64,000 nt of DNA, taken from positions 167,650,001-167,714,000 of the forward strand of contig NC_086097.1 in assembly GCF_963921235.1 (NCBI RefSeq), written 5' to 3'. Origin of the DNA: Mobula hypostoma. Lineage: Eukaryota. Position numbers and translations under genes: made by a program. Under the pieces are notes generated by a model. That model ran no database searches, was not told the origin of the DNA, and saw only the letters and a program-made list of their open reading frames with translations. Below, in pieces: positions 12,450 to 23,515 of this stretch. Position 1 is the first letter of the stretch, and the number at the start of each line of letters is the position of its first letter.

Positions 12450-12665
12450 TACACACGATATGCTGGAGGAACTCAGCAGACCAGACAGCATTTATGGAAA
12501 AGAGTAAACGGTCGATGTTTCAGTCCAAGACACTTCATCAGGTCCTGTGGGGGATCTCGGCCTGAAACATCAACTATTTATTCTTTTCCATAGATGCTGC
12601 CTGACCTGTTCAGTTCCATCAGCATTTTGTGTGTGTTGATTTGGATTTCCACCATCTGCAGATTT
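12450..12665. mobile_element. Palindromic (head-to-head) Penelope-derived element
   Basis: The left arm tgctggaggaactcagcag...cttcatcagg is mirrored by tctcggcctgaaacatcaact...gatgctgcctgacctgttcagttccatcagcattttgtgtgt. Confidence 0.8.
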
Positions 12666-12679
12666 TTTTCAAGTTTGGG

Positions 12680-13060
12680 AATCAAAGTCAGGCTTATTTT
12701 TACTGACGGTGTCATTAAATTTCTTGTTTAACAGCAGAAGTACAGTTCAATACGTTAAAAAAAATAACATTAAGAAATATATGTACAAATAAATGTCATG
12801 CAAGAGGAGAGCGAAATAATGAGGGAGTGGTCATGCATTCATGAGCCGTTAGAAATCTGTTCCTAAAACGTGTGTGCATCCACAGGCTCCTGTACCTCAT
12901 CCCTGATGGAGTAATGAGAAAAGTGCATTTCCTGGATGGTGAGGGCCTTAATGGTGAATGCCACCTTATTTGTGCCCCACCTTTTGAAGATACCTTGAAG
13001 ATGGGAGGCTAGTTCCCACGATGGAGCTGGCTGAATCTTCAACACTCAGCAGCTTTCTCC
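12680..13060 (-). mobile_element. Rex1/Babar-like LINE 3' fragment (degraded)
   Basis: caggctcctgtacctcatccctgatgg...gagaaaagtgcatttcctggatggtgaggg matches the Rex-type tails at 27120 and 55850. Confidence 0.55.
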
Positions 13061-13994
13061 AATCGCATCGATGGACAATAGTGCATGGAAATGCAGCAAT
13101 GAAAAGCAACAGAATCCCTTTTGTATCTGCGTAGTTAAACACTCGCACTCTGTGTCCTGTTGACTTTTTGCTTGAAAAAGAATTTCAGCTTCATCGTGAA
13201 TTGAGCTGGTTTTATTGGACAGTTTGGAGTACTCAGTTTGCAACAACGTCTCGAAGCATGCTTCATGCCAAGTAAACCCCAAAGGGAAATAAACTAAAAG
13301 AAAATCCTCTAGGTGCCAAATAACTATAAGATAAAAATAGACATTGCTGGAATACTCAGCAGTCATGCAGCATTTGTTAAAAAATTAAAATGGATTAGAG
13401 TTACTGGCTGAAGACTCTCAACCAGTCATCAAGCTGAAATATTCGCAATTTCTCTTTCCACAGCCCAGCTGCTCAGTGTTTCCACTCCTGAGTGTTTCAA
13501 CATTTTCTTTATCCCTAGCTCCTCAGATGTACCATATTTCTATCCACAGTCTACCTTGCCGTAGCTTTGCATTTTATGGTTTACCTGCACTGTACTTTTT
13601 CTGTGACCATAATATTTTATTCTGTATTCGGTTATTGCTTCTCCATTGTACTGCCTGCATGTACTGATGTAATGACATGATCTGTATGGATAGCATTTAA
13701 AATCAAGTTGTCCACTGTACCTTGATATATGTGACTGTAACTAATTATTTACCAATAAAGAAATTAATGGTCAATCTGATTGTAACCTCAGCTCTAGTAG
13801 TCGAGGCAGGTACAATGAAAAAACACTTAAAAGGCACTTGGACAGGTACATGGATAGGAAAGGTTTTGAGAGAAGTGGATCAAATGCAGGCAAAAAGGAC
13901 TGACTTAGGTGGATAATGATATAGGAGCAGAATTTGGCCATTCAGCCCATCAAGTCTGATCTGCCATTCAATCATGGCTGATTTGTTAAGCCCT

Positions 13995-14715
13995 CATAAA
14001 CACAAAATAATCTGCAGATGCTGGGATCAAAGCAACACTCACCACACGCTGGAGGAACTCAGCAGGTCGGGCAGCATCCGTGGAAAAGATCAGTCAACGT
14101 TTCGGGCCGGAACCCTTCGTCAGGACTGTAGAGGGAAGGGGCAGAGGCCCTATAAAGAAGGTGGGGGGAGGGTGGGAAGGAGAAGGCTGGTAGGTTCCAG
14201 GTGAAAAACCAGTAAGGGGAAAGATAAAGGGGTGGGGGAGGGGAAGCAGGGAGGTGATAGGCAGGAAAGGTGAAGAAAGAATAGGGGAAAACACAATGGG
14301 TAGTAGGAGGAGGCGGAACTATGAGGGAGGTGATAGGCAGCTGGGGGAGGGGGCAGAGTGAAATAGGGATAGAGGAAGGGAGGGAATTACTGGAAGTTGG
14401 AGAACGGTATATGAGGTGTTGCCGCAACAGACAGGATCTCCCGGTAGCCACCCACTTCAACTCTGCTTCCCATTCCCATTCCCATTCAGATATGTCCATA
14501 CATGGCCTCCTCTACTGCCATGATGAGGCTAAACTCAGGTTGGAGGAGCAACACCTCATATACCGTCTAGGTAGTCTCCAGCCCCTTGGTATGAACATAG
14601 AATTCTCCAACTTCCGGTAATTCCCTCCCCCTCCCTTCCCCTATCCCTATGTCACTCTACCCCCTCCCCCAGCTGTCTATCACCTCCCTCATGGTTCTAC
14701 CTCCTTCTTCTACCT
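13995..14715. mobile_element. Penelope-like element remnant: GIY-YIG endonuclease C-terminus flanked by inverted repeats, with hammerhead
   Basis: ORF 14321-14620 contains DLPVATHFNSASHSHS..MSIHGL..C..EAKLRLEEQHLIYRLGSLQPLGMNIEF, typical of PLE GIY-YIG ends. 14298-14404 is the reverse complement of about 14582-14714. Confidence 0.85.
14091..14128 (-). ncRNA. Minimal type I hammerhead ribozyme (predicted)
   Basis: Minus strand reads CAGUC-CUGACGA-A-GGGU(UCCG)GCCC-GAAA-CG-UU-GACUG: intact core, 5-bp stem I, 4-bp stem II, palindromic ACGU stem III and a GUU cleavage triplet. Confidence 0.75.
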
Positions 14716-14729
14716 ATCTGTACGGATAT

Positions 14730-17370
14730 CTCAGGGAGGCCAGCAGAGATATTCAAAATATCCCTCTGTTCTACCGAGCTCCTCTGTATTACCACTTACC
14801 ATGTAAGACCTACCCTGCATGGTCCTCCCAAAGTGCAACTCCTCACACTTACCTGCATTAAATTCCGTCTTTCATTTTTCAGCCCACTTTTCCAGCTGGT
14901 CTAGATCCTATTGCAAGTTTTGACAGTCTTCCTAACTGTCTACTACACCCCCAATCTTGGTGTCATCTGCAAATTTACTGATCCAGTTTACCAAATCACC
15001 CAGATCGCTGATATACAGTGCCTTGGAAAAAAAAAGTATTTACCCCCACCCTTTGTTCACATAAATGAGTATTGCAACCAGGGAATTTGCTCAATTTTTA
15101 CTGAGAATATTTATTTTGAATCGCATGCTGCTTTTTTCACAGTAGAGCCCAAAGAACAGGGAAAATCGTGTGGCATGAGAAACTAAAACTTCAGGAACTG
15201 AAATGTCAGCAATTCAGAAGTATTCATCCCACTTTGCTCAGTACTTAGTTGAGCCACCTCTTGCAGCTATTACAGCCAGTAATCTTTTTGGATAAGTCCG
15301 TATTAACTTTACACAATGTGATGGCCCATTCACCTTTGCAAAATTGCTCAAGTTGTGCCAGGTTGGTTGGACAGCAATCTTGAGGTCTTGCCAGAGATGT
15401 TCGATTGGGTTAAGGTCAGGACTCTGACTGGGCCACTCAAGGACATCAATTTTCTTCATTTGAAGCCACTCCATTGTTGCTCTGGCGGTGTGCTTTGGGT
15501 CATTGTCCTGCTGAAAGACAAACTTCCTCCCCAGTTCAAGCCTTCTGGCAGAGGCTAGCAGGTTTTTATCCTGCATCTCACTGCACTTACTAGTATTCAT
15601 CTCCCCATCTATCCTAACTGGAGTTCCAGTCCCTGCTGCTGAAAAGCATCCCTAAAGCATGATGCTACTTCCACCATACTTTACAGTGGGCGTAGTATTA
15701 GCTGTCTGATGTGTAATATTTGACTTACACCACCCCTACTGCTGGCTGTTGAGACAGAAAAGTTCCACTTTAGTCTCTCACCACAAGACTTTCTTGCACA
15801 TGTTTACAGTACCTTCTAATTGACACTTTGCAAAGTCTTATGGGCAAAGATTTGCTTTTTTTAGCCAGGGCTTCTTCCTTGCCGCTCTTCCATATACTCT
15901 GTTTGTGTAAGACCTTAGAAATTGTGGATCCATCAAATGGAGATTGCTGCAGCTCACTCAGAAGGACTGGCTGTGCCTCTTATACGTGCCTTTCTTCTCC
16001 AGTGACTATGTTCAGAGGGGTGGCCTGATATAGGCAGTTTGGCTATGGTTTCATATTTTTCCCACTTTTTCCACATTGGACTACACTGAACTCTGAGGTC
16101 TGTTCAGTGCCTTAGATGGTCTTGTACCCTTCCCCAGAATTGTGCCTCTCTATTATAATTTCCCTGAATTGTCTTGAATGCTCTTTTGTCTTCATTTCAC
16201 TGTGATCTGTTGAAAATCTACCATACATCTCAATCTTACGGAGATTGGGGTATTTATTCAGGTGATCTGCCAATATTTTACATCAACAAATTGAGTGAGT
16301 TGGTAAGGTAATATTGCACCTGAGGAATGATAGCTTAGTAATTACAAAGAGAATGAATAATTTTTCAGCTTCACAACTTTGTTTTTTAATTTTCAGTAAA
16401 TTAGGATTAGGTTTTAGAATTTTTCTATATATTTGAATTGACATGATGCATAGTGCTTTGTAGATTAGCTCAAAATATCCTACCTCAATACATTTCAAAT
16501 TTAGAAGATGAGACAGTAAAAGGTGAATATATTTGTGGGGGCCGAATACTTTTACAAAGCACTGTAGATGACAAACAACAATGGACCCAGCACCGATCCC
16601 TGTGGCACATCACTAGTCACAGGCCCACGGTCAGAGAGGCAGTTATCTACAGCCACTCTGGCTTCTTCTGCGAAGCCAATGTCTAATCCAATTTGCTACC
16701 TCATCTTGAATGCCAAGTGACTGAATATTCTTGACCAACATCCCATGCGGGACCTTGTCAAAGGTTTTGCTGAAGTCCACGTAGACAACACCGATTGCCT
16801 TGCTTCATCAACTTCCTGGTAACTTGCTCGAAAAACTCTATAAGATTGGTTAGACATGACTTACCACACACAAAGCCATACTGACTATCCCTAATCAGTC
16901 CATGTCTATCCAAATACACATGTATCTGGTCCCTTAGAATACCGTCCAGTAACTTTCCCACTACTGATGTCAGGCTCACTGGCCTATTATTTCCTGGTTT
17001 ATTCTTAGAGCCTCACCTCACCGTAGCTAAGGATTTTTTTGAATATCTCTGCTGAGATATCTGTACTAGCTTCCCATGGGGTCCAAGGGAACACATTGTC
17101 AGGTCCTGGGGATTTATCCACCCTAACTTGCCCCAAAATAGTAAACACCTCCTCCACTGTAATCTGTATAGGGTCCAAACCTCACTGCTGCATTATGTCA
17201 CAACTATAGACTCTGTGACTGTCTTCTGTGTAAATACAGATTCAAAAAAATCCATTTAAGATCTCCCCTATCTCCTTCAGCTTCATGCAAACATTACCAC
17301 TCTGATCTTCCAGAGGACCAATTGTGCCCCTTGCAATCCTTTTGCTCTTAATATATCTGTAGAAGCCCTT
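14730..17370 (-). mobile_element. CR1 ORF2 fragment split by the Tc1 insertion
   Basis: ORF 16758-16979 reads SLTSVVGKLL..GKSCLTNLIEFF. The flanks of the Tc1 rejoin to CR1 sequence gatcattgatatagatgacaaa (compare 20505-20526). Confidence 0.85.
15016..16564 (-). mobile_element. Tc1-family DNA transposon (DD34E), both ends present, transposase disrupted
   Basis: TA|cagtgccttggaaaaaaaagtattt ... aatacttttacaaagcactg|TA give TIRs with a TA TSD. ORF 15238-15600 reads FQQDNDPKH...WPSQSPDLNPIEHLW, with 34 residues between D and E. Confidence 0.92.
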
Positions 17371-17591
17371 CAAATTCAAGATTAAAGTACATCTTTTATC
17401 AGAGTGTTTAAGTTATACAACTTGAGATTTGTCTGCTTATTGGCAGCCACAAAGCAAGAAACCCGAGAACCCAATTAAAGAAAAGACCAACCCCCAGAAT
17501 GCAAACAATAGAAGAGAGCAACAACAACAGCACTCTGAAGCAAATTGAGTACTTGGATCCAATTGCCTGGAGTAGGCCCAAAGCTTCAGTA

Positions 17592-18325
17592 CAGGTTTCC
17601 CCCGCCATCCGAAGGTAGAGCATGCCTATGAAATGGTTCGTAAGCCGGAATGTCGTAAAGTGAAGAAGCAATTACCATTTATTTATATGGGGAAAATTTG
17701 TGAGCATTCACAGACCCAAAAAAATAACCTACCAAATCATGCCAAATAACACATAAAACCTAAAATAACAGTAACATAAAGTAAAAGCAGGAATGATATG
17801 ATAAATACACAGCCTATATAAAGTAGAAATACTTTATCATATCGGCAATTGCCTCTGATCTGGGCCAACACTTACATGCCAGGCAGCACCTAATTAATTA
17901 GTTTGTTTATTTGGGCTTTTTTTTCTTAAAGATGTGCTGGGTGCGTCCCGGCTACTGCTGCACCAATGCATGTTTCGCGGCACTGTATTGTTCCATGGCC
18001 CGGCGGTTGGGGTGGTGGGACACTGAGGTGTCATCTCATCGTCGTCTGTTTCTATCAGAGCAGGCAGATCATCTTCTTCTATGTCTGCCTGCCTCGATGT
18101 CGAAGGTCGAGGTTTGTCGTCTGCTGTGGCTGATGTGGAAGGCTTGAAAAACCTATATACTTGACTGCTTGGCCTTGCACATTTTTCCATCATACAGTTC
18201 TTTGTAAGCACTCAAACCATCCTGCAAATATGCCCTAAACCGACGTACCCTTTCAAAATTAAAGTCGTACTTTTTCTGCAATCATTGCAGCGAAAATCTC
18301 ACACAGTTGCTTCACGTTCAGTTTC
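17592..18325 (-). mobile_element. Tigger/pogo-like DNA transposon terminal fragment
   Basis: TA|caggtttcccccgccatccgaagg terminus. The minus strand encodes a degenerate transposase-like C-terminus (YDFNFERVRRFRAYLQDGLSAYKELY...FFKPSTS, acidic tail). Confidence 0.6.
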
Positions 18326-19035
18326 TGGATCAGAGGGATTTTGGGGTCCAAGTCCATAGGACACTCAAAGTTGTTACACAGGTTGACTCTATGGTTAAGA
18401 AGGCATACAGTGCATTGGCCTTCATCAACCATGGGATTGAATTCAGAGCTGAGAGGTAATATTGCAGCTATATAGGACCCTAGTCAGACCCCACTTGGAG
18501 TACTGTGCTCAGTTCTGGTCACCTCACTACAGGAAGGATGTGGAAGCTGTAGAAAGGGTGCAGAGGAGATTTACAAGGATGTTGCCTGGATTGGGAAGCA
18601 TGCCTTACGAGAACAGGTTGAGTGAACTTGGCCTTTTTTCCTTGGAGCGACAGAGGATGAGAGGTGAGCTGATAAAGATGTATAAGATGATGAGAGGCAT
18701 TAATCATGTTGATAGTCAGAGGCTTTTTCCCAGAGCTTAAATGGCTAACATGAGAGGGCACAGTTTTAAGCTGCTTGGGTACAGAGGAGATGTCAGGGGT
18801 ATGTGTTTTTTTTTAAAAAAACACAGAGAGTGGCAGGTTCGTGGAATGGGCTGTCGACGATGGTGGTGGAGGTGGATACAACAGGGTCTTTTAAGAGTCT
18901 CCTGGATAGGTAGATGAAGCTCAGAAAAATAAAGGTCTATGGGTAACCCTAGGTAATTTCTAAAGTAAGTACATGTTCAGCACAGCATTGTGGGCCGAAG
19001 GGCCTGTATTGTGCTGTAGGTTTTCTATGTTTCTA
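18325..19035 (+). mobile_element. CR1 3' fragment
   Basis: ORF 18462-18740 reads LYRTLVRPHLEYCAQFWSPHYRKDV. The tail is tgggccgaagggcctgtattgtgctgtaggttttctatgtttcta. Confidence 0.9.
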
Positions 19036-19746
19036 TTAATCCAAATCATGTTAAGGTGGACTTTTGGTCTCGCAGTCTGCCTCGTTATGATCTTGCATTT
19101 TATCAGTTACCTGCACTGTACCTTCTCTGTATCTTTGACACTTGATTCTGCTTTGTTGTTGTTTGACCTTATTTTAGTTCAATACACAATACATTTGCTG
19201 TGTATGAATAATATGCACTTCATCTTGGTACGTATTGGTATTGATACTAATACCAGAGGGCCCTGATACAGCCCAGATTCACATCCTGAAGCAGACATCC
19301 CACCCTGCAAAAACTCATTTCAGGGAGGTAGCACCATCAATTTGCGGGAGACTTCCGGGAGAGGTGGGATGTCCGCAATAGAGTAGCTCCTTAGCAGCTA
19401 ACCAGCTAGTTTAAACAACGTTAGCTATGCTAATGAACGAATGACACCTGTTAAACTCACCTCAACATGTCTTTTACAGTCTTAACCCACCATGGGCAAT
19501 AGAAAAGTCACTGTTGCAAACAGTGCAGCGAGCAACACTGTCATTATTTTTGACCCTTAGAACCATAGAAACTACAGCACAGAAACAGGCCTTTTGGCCC
19601 TTCTTGGCTGTGCCGAACCATTTTCTGCGTAGTCCCACTGACCTGCACACGGACCATATCCCTCCCTACACCTCCCATCCATCTATCTGTCCAATTTATT
19701 CTTAAATGTTAAAAAGGAACCCGCATTTACCACCTCGTCTGGCAGC

Positions 19747-22566
19747 TCATTCCACACTCCCACCACTCTCTGTGTGAAGAAGCCCCCCCCTAATGTTCCC
19801 TTTAAACTTTTCCCCCCTCACCCTTAACCCATGTCCTCTGGTTTTTTTCTCCCCTTGCCTCAGTGGAAAAAGCCTGCTTGCATTCACTCTATCTATACCC
19901 ATCATAATTTTATATACCTCTATCAAATCTCCCCTCATTCTTCTACGCTCCAGGGAATAAAGTCCTAACCTATTCAACCTTCCTCTGTAACTCAGTTTCT
20001 CAAGTCCCGGCAACATCCTTGTAAACCTTCTCTGCACTCTTTCAACCTTACTTATATCCTTCCTGTAATTTGGTGACCAAAACTGAACACAATTCTCCAG
20101 ATTCGGCCTTACCAATGCCTTATACAACCTCATCATAACATTCCAGCTCTTATACTCAATACTTCGATTAATAAAGGCCAATGTACCAAAAGCTCTCTTT
20201 ACGACCCTATCTACCTATGATGACACTTTTAGGGAATTTTGTATCTGTATTCCCAGATCCCTCTGTTCCACTGCACTCCTCAGTGCCTTACCATTAACCC
20301 TGTATGTTCTACGTTAGTTTGTCCTTCTAACGTGCAATACCTCACACTTGTCAGTATTAAACTCCATCTGCCATTTTTCAGCCCATTTTTCCAGATGGTC
20401 CAAGTCCCTCTGCAGGCTCTGAAAACCTTCCTCACTGTCTGCTACACCTCCAATCTTTGTATCATCAGCAAACTTTCTGATCCAATTTATCACATTATCA
20501 TCCAGATCATTGATATAGATGACAAATAACAATGGACCCAGCACTGATCCCTGTGGCACACCACTAGTCACAGGCCTCCACGCAGAGAAACAATTCTCTA
20601 CCACCACTCTCTGGCTTCTTCCATCGAGCCAATGTCTAATCCAATTTACCACCTCTCCATGTATACCTAGCAACTGAATTTTCCTAACTAACCTCCCATG
20701 CGGGACCTTGTCAAAGGCCTTACTGAAGTCCATGTAGACAATATCCACTGCCTTCCCTTCATCCACTTTCCTGGTAACCTCCTCGAAAAACTCCAACAGA
20801 TTGGTCAAACATGACCTACCACTCACAAAGCCATGTTGACTCTCCCTAATAAACCCCTGTCTATCCAAATGCTTGTATATTCTGTCTCTTAGTACTCCCT
20901 CCAATAACTTACCTACTACTGATGTTAAACTCACCGGCCTATAATTTCCCGGATTACTTTTCGATCCTTTTTTAAACAACGGAACAACATGAGCCACTCT
21001 CCAATCCTCCGGCACTTCACCCGTAGACAGTGACATTTTAAATATTTCTGCTAGGGCCCCCGCAATTTCAACACTAGTCTCCTTCAAGGTCCGAGGGAAC
21101 ACTCTGTCAGGTCCCGGGGATTTATCCACTTTAATTTTTCTCAAGACAGCAAGCACCTCCTCCTTTTCAATCTGTACAGTTTCCATGGTCTCACTACTTG
21201 ATTCCCTCAATTCCATAGATTTCATGCCAGCTTCCTTCGTAAATATAGACGCAAAAAACCTATTTAAGATCTCCCCCATTTCCTTTGGTTCCGCACAAAG
21301 CCGACCACTGATCTTCGAGAGGACCAATTTTATCCCTTACAATCCTTTTGCTCTTAATATACTTGTAAAAGCTGTTTGGATTATCCTTCACTTTGACTGC
21401 CAAGGCAACCTCATGTCTTCTTTTAGCCCTCCTGATTTCTTTCTTAAGTATTGTCTTGCACTTCTTATACTCCTCAAGCACCTGATTTACCCCCTGTTTC
21501 CTATACATTTCATACAACTCCCTCTTCTTCTTTATCAGAGTTGCAATATCCCTTGAGAACCAAGGTTCCTTATTCCTATTCAATTTGCCTTTAATCCTGA
21601 CAGGAACATACAACTCTGCACTCTCAAAATTTCCCCTTTGAAGGCTTCCCACCTACCAATCACACCTTTGCCAGAGAACAACCTGTCCCAATCCACGCTT
21701 TTTAGATCCTTTCTCATTTCTTCAAATTTGGCCTTCTTCCAGTTCAGAACCTCAACCCTAGGTCCAGATCTATCCTTGTCCATGATCAAATTGAAACTAA
21801 TGGTGTTATGATCACTGGAACCAAAGTGCTCCCCTACACAGACTTCTGTCACTTGCCCTAATTCATTACCAAACAGGAGATCCAATATTGCATCCCCTCT
21901 AGTTGGTCCCTCTATATATTGATTTAGAAAACTTTCCTGAACACATTTTACAAACTCTAAACCATCTAGACCCCTAACAGTATGGGAGTCCCAATCAATG
22001 TATGGAAAATTAAAATCCCCTACCACCACAACTTTATGTTTCCTGCAGTTGCCTGCTATCTCTCTGCAGATTTGCTCTTCCAAGTCTCGTTGACTATTGG
22101 ATGGTCTGTAATACAATCCCACTAATGTGGCCATACCTTTCCTGTTTCTCAGCTCCACCCATAAGGACTCAGTAGACAAGCCCTCTAATCTGTCCTGCCT
22201 GAGCACTGCTGTAATATTTTCCCTAACAAGCAATGCTACTCCCCCACCTTTCATTCCTCTGCCTCGATCACATCTGAAACATCGGAACCCTGGAATATTA
22301 AGCTGCCAGTCCTGACCTTCCTGTAGCCAAGTTTCACTAATTGCTACAACATCATAATTCCACGTGTCAATCCACGCCCTCAACTCATCCGCCTTCCCCG
22401 CAATACTCCTGGCATTGAAATATATACACCTCAGAAGATTTTTACCACCACTCACAACCTTTCTATCAGCGGATTTGCTTAAACTTTCAACATCATTTAT
22501 TTTCACCCCAGCCACACTGTCAGCTCTGGCACTCTGGTTCCCATCCCCCTGCAAATCTAGTTTAAA
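19747..22566 (-). pseudogene. CR1 ORF2 (APE endonuclease + RT), a few frameshifts and a stop
   Basis: ORFs 21580-22554, 21260-21652, 20314-21327 and 19747-20181. Confidence 0.92.
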
Positions 22567-22575
22567 GCCTCCCCA
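22535..22575 (-). promoter_or_regulatory. Candidate -1 programmed ribosomal frameshift signal at the CR1 ORF1/ORF2 junction
   Basis: ORF1 frame GCT TTA AAC TAG gives heptamer T_TTA_AAC (22566-22560). The -1 frame TTT AAA CTA GAT TTG CAG is ORF2. GGGGG-AT-GGG lies 10 nt downstream. Confidence 0.6.
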
Positions 22576-23515
22576 CTAGCACTAACAAACCTCCCTGAAA
22601 GGATAGTGATCCCCCTGTGGTTCAAGTGTAACCCGTCTCTCTTGTACAGGTCCCACCTGCCCCAGAAGAGGTCCCAATGATCCTGAAATCTGAAACCCTG
22701 CCCCCTACACCAGTTCCTCAGGCACTTGTTCCTCCTCCAGAGCATCCTATTCCTACCCTCACTGGCACCTAGCACAGGTAGCAATCCTGAGATTACCACC
22801 CTCGAGGTCCTGCTTTTCAACTTCCTACCAAGCTCTCTATACTCACTGTCCAGGACCTCTTCACTCTTCCTTGCTATGTCATTGGTACCGATGTGCACCA
22901 CGACATCTGGCTGATCACCCTCCCACTTCAGAATGTCATGCAATCGATCAGAGACATCCTTGACCCTGGCATCCGGGAGGCAACAAACCATCCTGGATTC
23001 TCTGTCACGACCACAGAACCTTCTATCTGCACCTCTAACTATCGAGTCCCCTATCACTACCGCTCTCCTCTTTTCCCCCCTCCCTTCTGCACTGCAGAGC
23101 CAGACTCAGTGCCAGAGATCCGGCTACTGCAGCTTGTCCCAGGTAAGTCATCCCCCGCAACAGTATCCAATGCGGTATACTTGTTGAGGTGAAAGGCCAC
23201 AGGGGAACCCTGCTCTGCCTGCCCTTTCCTCTTCCCTCGCCTGACAGTGACCCAATTTTCTGTCCTCTGCTCCTTTGGCGTAACTACCTCCCTGTAGCTA
23301 CGATCTATAATCTCCTCATTCTCCCGAATGATCCGCAGGTCATCCAGCTCGTGCTCCAGTTCCCTAACGCGGTTTGTCAGGAGCTGCAGCTGGATGCACT
23401 TCTTGCAGGTGTCGTTGTCAGGGACACCGGAGGGCTCCCTGACTTCCCACATCCTGCAAGAGGAGCATTCCAACATCCTGCCTGGCATTCTCACTGCACT
23501 AAACAATCTGAACAA
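22557..23515 (-). pseudogene. CR1 ORF1 (zinc finger/coiled coil + SGNH esterase), one frameshift near 23060
   Basis: ORFs 23057-23515 and 22557-23057. The equivalent region is continuous in the + copy at 2660-2735. Confidence 0.88.
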
